A stretch of 24,357 bases of DNA from a virus. Lineage: Duplodnaviria; Caudoviricetes. Numbering within the stretch: the first letter of the stretch is position 1; every line of letters begins with the position of its first letter. The notes below the pieces were generated by a model. That model made no database searches, was not told the DNA's origin, and saw only the letters and a list, made by a program, of their open reading frames with translations. A program made the translations under genes and the position numbers. Of the stretch, positions 18,052-24,027 are shown in pieces. The DNA lies in IMG/VR virus record IMGVR_UViG_3300030095_004816, positions 1 through 24,357 of that record; one strand, given 5' to 3'.

Positions 18052-18914
18052 GATTGTTTGTCTTTGATATGTTTATACATTGATTTACCTAGTAGCTCAC
18101 CAAACTTACTGTCTGTCTTATAGTGCGCGCGAGCAACATTACGACTATAAGATATTTTCTTAGCTAGTTTTTTAAATGCAGATCTATGCCTAGGATAATT
18201 ATCTCCTAGTACTAAACCTATTAAAAAGCCTTGAGCTGAATGACCAGAAGGATACGATGGTGTTTTCATAGAATCCATTTCTATATTATTCATCGTTATA
18301 CTGCTTTTGTCTGCTACAACTTTAGGTCTAGGTCTATTAAAATGATTTTTTAAATCCATTATTATAGGCTCAGACTCTGCTATTAAATCTTTTGCAATGT
18401 CTTCGTCGTAGTCTTTTATTCCTTTTTTCTTAGCTAGATCTTTAAATACGCCTGATATATCGTCATGACTTTTTACAAAAGCTTTATCTATAGGAATTTT
18501 ATTTAACTCTTTTACTTCGAGCATTGTGTTAAAAGAATTATTACTTGGTGGAGGTATACTTTTAAACCTTGAATAATCAAAGTCACTAAAAAATTTATTG
18601 TTTATAGCTTGGTTTGCATCTTGCTCCCAAGGAAATATATTACTACCTTCAGGATAGAATTTACCATTGTATTTTATCTTACCATCTTTCCTTTCATATT
18701 CTACATCTCTGTATATAACTGCTGAGTCTGTATAGTTTAAAACACCGTTCTTCATTTGTTTAGCATGAAATAACTCGTGCTCCAAAACTTCTTTCTCAAG
18801 CTTGCTACCTGGTTTTAAAGATTTATTAATATAGACGCTACCATCTTTATTAGCTTCACCTAGTACACCTTCTTCTAGTGTTTTTCTAAATACAGGAGTG
18901 TTTTTATTTATCAT
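18048..18914 (-). CDS. Fusion of an HExxH metallopeptidase-like domain and a PAP2-superfamily phosphatase (288 aa)
   Basis: HELFH at residues 46-50; PAP2 motifs KNHFNRPRP (Kx6RP), YPSGH and SRNVARAHYKTD (SRx5Hx3D). Confidence 0.85.
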   Translation of the reverse strand: MINKNTPVFRKTLEEGVLGEANKDGSVYINKSLKPGSKLEKEVLEHELFHAKQMKNGVLNYTDSAVIYRDVEYERKDGKIKYNGKFYPEGSNIFPWEQDANQAINNKFFSDFDYSRFKSIPPPSNNSFNTMLEVKELNKIPIDKAFVKSHDDISGVFKDLAKKKGIKDYDEDIAKDLIAESEPIIMDLKNHFNRPRPKVVADKSSITMNNIEMDSMKTPSYPSGHSAQGFLIGLVLGDNYPRHRSAFKKLAKKISYSRNVARAHYKTDSKFGELLGKSMYKHIKDKQS

Positions 18915-19354
18915 CTGTCTTTGTCTTTAATCATATCATCGATAACCTTATTCATAACTTTATCTGTGTAAGACTTGTTCTTATAATAAGGATTAGTTAT
19001 AGAGACGGGTATATCCTCTTCTCCTAGCAGCAAGCGGTATATCCTGCTTATCATATGATTACACTTAAATGACGTTTTGTAAACGCTATACTTAATTGTT
19101 GTTCTATTCCTATGACGCCAAACGTCTATCCAACCTTGCTTTCTCAACCTATCCCAGCGTTTCTTGTCCCAAGAATATATATAAGTACCTTTTATAAAAT
19201 CATCTCTAGTAAATCTATTCAAACAACTTAAGTATATTAACAACTCTAACTCAGCGTCACTTATACCATTGTTAGCACATGCCCACTTTCTAACTACCTT
19301 GTAATACTTGAATAGTTGTATTTCTTTTATTTCATCAGACGTTATTCTTCTCAT
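18911..19354 (-). CDS. Putative winged-helix DNA-binding protein (147 aa)
   Basis: ISDAELELLIYL...RLRKQGWIDVW...YKTS resembles a MarR-like wHTH; basic. Confidence 0.55.
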   Translation of the reverse strand: MRRITSDEIKEIQLFKYYKVVRKWACANNGISDAELELLIYLSCLNRFTRDDFIKGTYIYSWDKKRWDRLRKQGWIDVWRHRNRTTIKYSVYKTSFKCNHMISRIYRLLLGEEDIPVSITNPYYKNKSYTDKVMNKVIDDMIKDKDR

Positions 19355-19607
19355 CTACTAGTACTACATCTCTAAGTTTTATAACTCTGTATAACATGTC
19401 ATCATAATCGATTTCGTGACCAGCGTGCTTATCGTACATTACCATAACACCTTCTTTGATTATGTCCGCTAAGTTTCCTACAGAAACTACTTTAGCTTTC
19501 TTATATCTATTATCAACATCTGTGTCATCTGTAAGTAGCAAACCACCTGATGTCTTCTTTTCCTCTTTAATAGTCTCTACAACTATATAGTCATTAATTG
19601 CTTTCAT
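19335..19607 (-). CDS. groES: Co-chaperonin GroES
   Basis: INDYIVV, mobile loop KTSGGLLL, KVVSVG, and G..VMYDKHAGHEI; directly downstream of groEL. Confidence 0.93.
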   Translation of the reverse strand: MKAINDYIVVETIKEEKKTSGGLLLTDDTDVDNRYKKAKVVSVGNLADIIKEGVMVMYDKHAGHEIDYDDMLYRVIKLRDVVLVDEKNNV

Positions 19608-21159
19608 TAATACGTATATTTGAGATTACACAATCAGCTGACATTATAGTTAATGCTACAGACACAGCGTTCTTCAATGCCGTTTTAGTTACAAGCACTG
19701 GATCAATAATACCAGATTTAACCATTTCTACACACTCACCGGTAACAACATCAATACCTGTACCTGGAGCACCCATAGTATCTAACATGTTTAGTCCAGC
19801 GTTTGATAATATAGTCTCATATGGTGACTTTAGTGCTTGAAGCAATACTTCACCGGCTTGTCCGGAGATAATTTTTTCTGAAGCATTAAGTAGTGCTACA
19901 CCACCTCCAGCTACTATCCCCTCTTTCAATGCAGCTTTAGTAGCGTATATAGCATCTTCGACTCTGTCTTTCTTTTCTTTCAACTCCACTTTAGAGTTAG
20001 CACCTACTTTAACTACACCTACACTACCGCATAAAGTAGCTAACCTCTGCTCTAGCTTCTTTTTAATAAATCCGTTAGTCTCATCAGAGATTTTAGATTT
20101 AACCTCTCCAACTCTCTCTAGTATAGCATTAGTAGTAGCATCCATAGTTATAGTAGTATTCTTATCATCTGTAACTGCAAAATCAACTTCACCTAAACAA
20201 TCAGGCTTGATAAGGTCTAAGTCATCACCAAGTTCTTCATTGATTACCGTAGAGCCTGTAAGTACAGCCAAGTCTTCCATAGCATCTTTACGCGTAGGCC
20301 CAAAACCTGGTGGGTCAATTATGTTTACTTTAATATTACCTTTAACCTTATTCATTAGCAACGCGGACTTTACTTGCTGCGATACAGGAGCTACTATAAG
20401 TAATGCTCTACCTTGTTTGATTACATGTTCTAATACTCCTTGAATTTTCCTAATATTAGGTATCTCAGAGGTAACAGTTAGTATGTACGGGTTGTCTAAC
20501 TCACATATGTGCTTCTCGGTGTTAGTAATAAAGTGAGGTGACGTAATACCACAGTCTATTTGCGCACCATCTACTACATCTACATAGGTATCTTCAGAAT
20601 CACTCTCTTCCATCAATACCACACCGTGCTTACCTACTTTTCTGTAAGCTTCTGCAATAATTCCACCTAATTCTGCGTCATTATTGCAAGATATAGCAGC
20701 AACAGCTTCAAGCATATCACCTTCTACGTCTACAGCAGTAGAGTTTAAGTGCTCTAGCACTTCCTCTAAACACTGATTAACCCCATCTTTTATTTCTCTG
20801 ATTGATAATCCTGCAGCGACGGCAGAATCTATAGACTTAATTAGTGATTCAGCTAGTACGGTAGCAGTTGTTGTACCGTCACCAGCTTCTTTCACAGTAT
20901 TTCTAGCAGCTTCCTTGATTAACGTGGCACCCATATTCTCAACCGGATCAAATAAGACTACGCTTTCTGCAACGGTTACTCCGTCTTTTGTTATGACCGG
21001 TTTGCCTCGTCCATCTTCATACACAACGCATCTACCTGACGCACCTAATGTGGATTTAACGGCTTGTGCTAACTTATTTACCCCAGCAATTACTTTGCTT
21101 TTAGCTTCGTCACCGAAGTCAAGGTTCTTAACCAATTCACTTGGTAAGTTGTATTCCAT
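19594..21159 (-). CDS. groEL: Chaperonin GroEL (phage-encoded)
   Basis: TKDGVTVA, AGDGTTTATVLA, PGFG..RK, E.KE.KDRVEDA, GIVAGGG and IIDP motifs; lacks the GGM tail. Confidence 0.97.
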   Translation of the reverse strand: MEYNLPSELVKNLDFGDEAKSKVIAGVNKLAQAVKSTLGASGRCVVYEDGRGKPVITKDGVTVAESVVLFDPVENMGATLIKEAARNTVKEAGDGTTTATVLAESLIKSIDSAVAAGLSIREIKDGVNQCLEEVLEHLNSTAVDVEGDMLEAVAAISCNNDAELGGIIAEAYRKVGKHGVVLMEESDSEDTYVDVVDGAQIDCGITSPHFITNTEKHICELDNPYILTVTSEIPNIRKIQGVLEHVIKQGRALLIVAPVSQQVKSALLMNKVKGNIKVNIIDPPGFGPTRKDAMEDLAVLTGSTVINEELGDDLDLIKPDCLGEVDFAVTDDKNTTITMDATTNAILERVGEVKSKISDETNGFIKKKLEQRLATLCGSVGVVKVGANSKVELKEKKDRVEDAIYATKAALKEGIVAGGGVALLNASEKIISGQAGEVLLQALKSPYETILSNAGLNMLDTMGAPGTGIDVVTGECVEMVKSGIIDPVLVTKTALKNAVSVALTIMSADCVISNIRINESN

Positions 21160-21198
21160 AATGTTATTGAATTAAATTAAATTTTATTATCGATGCCT

Positions 21199-21495
21199 TT
21201 ATTTAAAGGTCTTTATTACTTTTGGTCCGTTAAGGAACTCCACTTTTTTACTAAAATGGTCGATACTGCCATTGATAGCACTCTCAGCTCCATCGATAGT
21301 TTCTCGACGGGTAACATCGACCCATTTATCTGGATCGTTTGGATTGTTGACTTCTGTTTGGTAGTATCCATTTGATAACTGAGTTATTCTCCAGTTCTTT
21401 TTATCAGCTAAGTGCTTCCACTCTGCTAGTTTTTCTTCAGTAACTACTGGTTTTCCAGTATTAAGTGTACTGGTCTTGTAATAATAATAGGTCAT
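21199..21495 (-). CDS. Hypothetical protein (98 aa)
   Basis: Co-oriented with the late operon, A-rich leader, normal protein composition. Confidence 0.75.
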   Translation of the reverse strand: MTYYYYKTSTLNTGKPVVTEEKLAEWKHLADKKNWRITQLSNGYYQTEVNNPNDPDKWVDVTRRETIDGAESAINGSIDHFSKKVEFLNGPKVIKTFK

Positions 21496-21527
21496 TGTGA
21501 TTTGGTTTTGGTTATTAATTTATTGAT

Positions 21528-21962
21528 TTATCTATTCTTTGGTCCTGCGGCGTTACCTCTTACTTGTTTTCCAGACTTTATTTCGTTAGCTGTGTTAGTA
21601 GTATATTTTTTTCCTTTATAAGTAAAGGATTTACCCGAACCTTTAGCTTTCCTAGCAGCTTTAAACGCTTGGCCAAAAGACATGTCATTATAAGACTTAG
21701 TCACTTTAGGTGTAGACTTCTTAACATTAAGCTTAACTTCAGTTTTAGGTGCAGTTATTTTTCTAGGGCTCACTTCATTAGCTTTAGCTTTAGACTTTGA
21801 TAAAACTCTACCAGCTCTAGCATTTAACTTGTTAGCCTTTTTAGCTCCTCTTGCAGTAATTTTAGCTGCACGTTTAGCTTTTCTTGCGGCAGCAGCTTTA
21901 GATCTAGAGGCAGTTAAGCCGCTTGATACTGATTTTTTATTTTTACTTCCTCTAGTTAACAT
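21528..21962 (-). CDS. Lys/Ala/Arg-rich basic protein (144 aa)
   Basis: First gene after late promoter copy 3; C-terminal SFGQAFKAARK.....FTYKGKKYTT module recalled from phage proteins. Confidence 0.75.
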   Translation of the reverse strand: MLTRGSKNKKSVSSGLTASRSKAAAARKAKRAAKITARGAKKANKLNARAGRVLSKSKAKANEVSPRKITAPKTEVKLNVKKSTPKVTKSYNDMSFGQAFKAARKAKGSGKSFTYKGKKYTTNTANEIKSGKQVRGNAAGPKNR

Positions 21963-21988
21963 AATTATTTTTTTTAGTTCTTACAACT

Positions 21989-22016
21989 ATAATCACATTG
22001 ATAAAGTAATTTTTAA
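21989..22016 (-). promoter_or_regulatory. Putative late promoter, copy 3 (TTAA-N15-TGTGATTAT)
   Basis: Heads the whole minus-strand region, 26 nt upstream of the ATG at 21962; same spacing as the other two copies. Confidence 0.55.
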
Positions 22017-22017
22017 T

Positions 22018-22067
22018 AGTGTGACAATAGCCTGTTACTCTACACTTATATAGGCTAATGTCATACT
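22018..22067. repeat. 16-bp imperfect inverted repeat with an 18-nt spacer
   Basis: AGTGTGACAATAGCCT (22018-22033) and AGGCTAATGTCATACT (22052-22067) are 14/16 complementary. Confidence 0.85.
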
Positions 22068-22083
22068 TTTCCCCGTACTGTAA

Positions 22084-22133
22084 ATATTGGGGTATGGTGT
22101 AGCCCCCTCCCCCCTACTGGCCCCGCCCAATAT
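22084..22133 (-). other. GC island with a G-quadruplex motif inside an 8-bp inverted repeat
   Basis: Minus strand GGG-C-GGGG-CCAGTA-GGGGGG-A-GGGGG (22103-22128); ATATTGGG (22084-22091) pairs with CCCAATAT (22126-22133). Confidence 0.7.
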
Positions 22134-22206
22134 CAAAACGCATTTTGTTTACCCAGCCCCACCTGTTTATTTCCAATATAAATTTATTTGAAATATATAT
22201 TTTTTC

Positions 22207-22239
22207 ACAAACTAAATACGAGTATTGCCTGATAATATA
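22207..22239 (+). promoter_or_regulatory. Early-type phage promoter motif, copy 1
   Basis: ACAAACTAAATACGA-gtattgcct-GATAATATA; overlaps TATATTTG (22236-22243), which fits the Bacteroidota -7 consensus TAnnTTTG. Confidence 0.75.
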
Positions 22240-22263
22240 TTTGTAAATAACAAAATAAATACT

Positions 22264-22371
22264 ATGTCTGAAGAAACTACTACTACACCGAGCTCTGCTC
22301 AGATCGACTGGAATATCATTGACCTCTCTTTAGAGGAGCTCGAGAAACATTTAAAAACTAAATCTAAATAA
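22264..22371 (+). CDS. Tiny hypothetical protein (35 aa)
   Basis: Manual translation: MSEETTTTPSSAQIDWNIIDLSLEELEKHLKTKSK. A-rich leader ending ACTATG, directly after motif copy 1. Confidence 0.6.
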   Translation: MSEETTTTPSSAQIDWNIIDLSLEELEKHLKTKSK

Positions 22372-22373
22372 CT

Positions 22374-22532
22374 ATGAAAAAGATTTTATCTTACTTACCA
22401 TTTACTATTGTATTACTATGCAACATAGCATTACTAGTATTCTTTACTCTCACTGGTCACTATTCTTTAATTGTACTATTAGTACTCGGAGTATTTCTAC
22501 AAGTAATAACAACTCAATGTATTATAGAGTAA
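22374..22532 (+). CDS. Tiny two-TM membrane protein (52 aa)
   Basis: Manual translation: MKKILSYLPFTIVLLCNIALLVFFTLTGHYSLIVLLVLGVFLQVITTQCIIE; starts 2 nt after the previous stop. Confidence 0.65.
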   Translation: MKKILSYLPFTIVLLCNIALLVFFTLTGHYSLIVLLVLGVFLQVITTQCIIE

Positions 22533-22603
22533 TTACGCGAGTATACAAGTGACGGAATATCACCTAACTAATTTCTACTAATAAACAAATATACTACTTT
22601 TAT

Positions 22604-22636
22604 ACAAACTAAATACGAATTACTAAAGATAATATA
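22604..22636 (+). promoter_or_regulatory. Early-type phage promoter motif, copy 2
   Basis: ACAAACTAAATACGA-attactaaa-GATAATATA upstream of the ORF at 22679. Confidence 0.75.
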
Positions 22637-22640
22637 AACG

Positions 22641-22675
22641 TAACTAAACTAAACTAAATTAAACTAAATTAAATT
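22641..22675 (+). repeat. Seven tandem pentamers (AAAYT) in a 5' leader
   Basis: taact aaact aaact aaatt aaact aaatt aaatt directly before ACTATG. Confidence 0.8.
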
Positions 22676-22678
22676 ACT

Positions 22679-22933
22679 ATGTCAAATTTACTTAAATCAA
22701 AAAGATTCGTCGTAAGACAATCACTAATCGGAAAAAATACTAATGTTGAAGTAGCATTCAAAAACGGTAAAACAGTAACTTATTCTCACGATAAAGCGTT
22801 TGAAATAATGAAAGATTCACTAGAAGCAATGAACTGCTGGTTGAAGTACAAATCGTATACTGCAACTAATAATATACCAAAAGTATTACGAGAAACTGAA
22901 GCAGTTATTTCTTCTGAGCAAGCTGAAGTATAA
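22679..22933 (+). CDS. Hypothetical early protein (84 aa)
   Basis: ORF after motif copy 2 with an A-rich leader. Confidence 0.8.
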   Translation: MSNLLKSKRFVVRQSLIGKNTNVEVAFKNGKTVTYSHDKAFEIMKDSLEAMNCWLKYKSYTATNNIPKVLRETEAVISSEQAEV

Positions 22934-22969
22934 TTATAAACAGCTTTCTAAACACTACTAAATAAAAGC

Positions 22970-23014
22970 CCAGTTAGTTCCACTTGTTTACTGGTAAATC
23001 AAATATGAACAAGT
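22970..23014 (+). ncRNA. Candidate H-type pseudoknot RNA element
   Basis: S1 CCAGT (22970-74) with ACTGG (22990-94); S2 ACTTGTTT (22982-89) with GAACAAGT (23007-14); A-rich loop 3. Pairing found by eye. Confidence 0.45.
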
Positions 23015-23015
23015 A

Positions 23016-23060
23016 CTGTAGTTATGGTATTCAGAGTGTTCGATTCACTCGCTACAACTA
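23016..23060 (+). ncRNA. Anticodon-less tRNA-like mini-element
   Basis: Acceptor-like stem TGTAGT/GCTACA, D-loop-like TGGTA, perfect T arm GAGTG-TTCGATT-CACTC, 3' end ACTA. Confidence 0.6.
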
Positions 23061-23088
23061 AAATTATTAACTATTAAATTAAATTACT

Positions 23089-23229
23089 ATGCAAATACAC
23101 TGCAAGACATGTGGCAAAGATGTCACTATGGAAACTGAGTTTGAAACTAGTCGACCATATAGAATAATAAATAATCACAAGTGTGAAGTTAAATTAGCTC
23201 GAGCTTTAGAAGCAGGATTTATACTATGA
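23089..23229 (+). CDS. Tiny putative zinc-binding protein (46 aa)
   Basis: Manual translation: MQIHCKTCGKDVTMETEFETSRPYRIINNHKCEVKLARALEAGFIL; CxxC...HxC. Confidence 0.65.
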   Translation: MQIHCKTCGKDVTMETEFETSRPYRIINNHKCEVKLARALEAGFIL

Positions 23230-23387
23230 AAGATTCTAAATACACAGAAATTCAAGAAGCTTTAGTAGAGCTGATCGAGAAAGATAGTTTATCACTAAGT
23301 CAAATGCAGTGGATGCTTGATTTTTTACAAGGTAATGGTTACGTAGAAGATGAAGAAGATTATCAGCTTGATGACTACACAGAATAA
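23226..23387 (+). CDS. Tiny acidic protein (53 aa)
   Basis: ATGA overlap with the previous ORF; MKDSKYTEIQEALVELIEKDSLSLSQMQWMLDFLQGNGYVEDEEDYQLDDYTE. Confidence 0.7.
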   Translation: MKDSKYTEIQEALVELIEKDSLSLSQMQWMLDFLQGNGYVEDEEDYQLDDYTE

Positions 23388-23411
23388 ATACGATAACTAT
23401 TAGATAATATA
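23379..23411 (+). promoter_or_regulatory. Early-type phage promoter motif, copy 3
   Basis: ACAGAATAAATACGA-taactatta-GATAATATA; its TAA doubles as the stop codon of the upstream ORF. Confidence 0.72.
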
Positions 23412-23432
23412 GATGAAAAATAAATAAAACTT

Positions 23433-23630
23433 ATGAAAATACTAAAAACAGTTAAAGAAGATAGTTATATCTATCTAGAAGAACAGTTCGCAGGAACTAC
23501 AATATCAACTAGGTGGCGACCATACACAGTAGGTAACTTACCTAATCACTTCGGTTGCACAGAGTTTCAAGGCAAAGAAGGTTTAAACGAGTGGTTTAAT
23601 CACAAAGGATATACTTATGTCAGAGACTAA
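23433..23630 (+). CDS. Hypothetical early protein (65 aa)
   Basis: ORF directly after motif copy 3. Confidence 0.75.
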   Translation: MKILKTVKEDSYIYLEEQFAGTTISTRWRPYTVGNLPNHFGCTEFQGKEGLNEWFNHKGYTYVRD

Positions 23631-23733
23631 AGATAAAACAGTAAGCAAACAAAGCGTAGATAACTACGAAATAGAAATGATTAATATAGAAATAGAACAA
23701 TTTTATGAAAAAGAGCAAGATAAATATTACTAG
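23617..23733 (+). CDS. Tiny acidic protein (38 aa)
   Basis: Manual translation: MSETKDKTVSKQSVDNYEIEMINIEIEQFYEKEQDKYY; bridges the two neighbouring ORFs. Confidence 0.5.
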   Translation: MSETKDKTVSKQSVDNYEIEMINIEIEQFYEKEQDKYY

Positions 23734-23989
23734 CATGAAAGAACAAAGTATAGAAATACAGCAATTATTAGAAACACTTGAGTCGCAGTTAAAACATCAT
23801 GACTGGTTTTATGAATACTCTGATGATTCAAGATATTATAACTCAGGTTTACGAGAATTTACTCAGATATGGAATACTATTGAGAAGCTACAAGAGCTCG
23901 GTGAAAACGAATTTGACCAAGCGATTGCTATGTACAAAGAGCATAAACCAGTGGTAAGTACTCCAAATGAAGTGGTTGTTACAAACTAA
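23705..23989 (+). CDS. Hypothetical early protein with an HDWFYEYSDD motif (true start may be 23735)
   Basis: HDW.Y.YSDD.....G motif recalled from small phage proteins; an in-frame ATG at 23735 follows the upstream stop. Confidence 0.8.
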   Translation: MKKSKINITSMKEQSIEIQQLLETLESQLKHHDWFYEYSDDSRYYNSGLREFTQIWNTIEKLQELGENEFDQAIAMYKEHKPVVSTPNEVVVTN

Positions 23990-24013
23990 ATACGATTACT
24001 CGTAGATAATATA
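23981..24013 (+). promoter_or_regulatory. Early-type phage promoter motif, copy 4
   Basis: ACAAACTAAATACGA-ttactcgta-GATAATATA; its TAA is again the upstream stop codon. Confidence 0.75.
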
Positions 24014-24027
24014 ATAAACAATAAGAT

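Noticed and set aside
19335-21159. Host chromosomal groEL/groES (prophage boundary or chimeric assembly)
   Set aside because: The genes overlap phage genes, are in groEL-groES order, are divergent with no GGM tail, and no integrase or host genes are present.
99-22053. Plus-strand ORFs in the track within the late region (e.g. 99-341, 372-656, 2054-2344, 3532-3912, 11200-11508, 16100-16474, 21193-21375, 21829-22053)
   Set aside because: They are antisense shadows of well-supported minus-strand genes, with S/L/F-rich non-protein-like composition and no leaders.
22968-23014. HDV-like/theta ribozyme or preQ1/SAM-II riboswitch
   Set aside because: I could not build the nested P1/P2/P3/P1.1 fold or find the conserved ligand-binding nucleotides.
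23016-23060. Canonical tRNA or tmRNA gene
   Set aside because: No anticodon arm or D stem, only 11 nt between the acceptor 5' strand and the T arm, and no tag reading frame.
22207-24013. CRISPR array or mini-array interpretation of the four repeats
   Set aside because: Spacing is irregular (about 400-780 nt), the intervals contain ORFs, and the repeat has a variable 9-nt core typical of a bipartite promoter.
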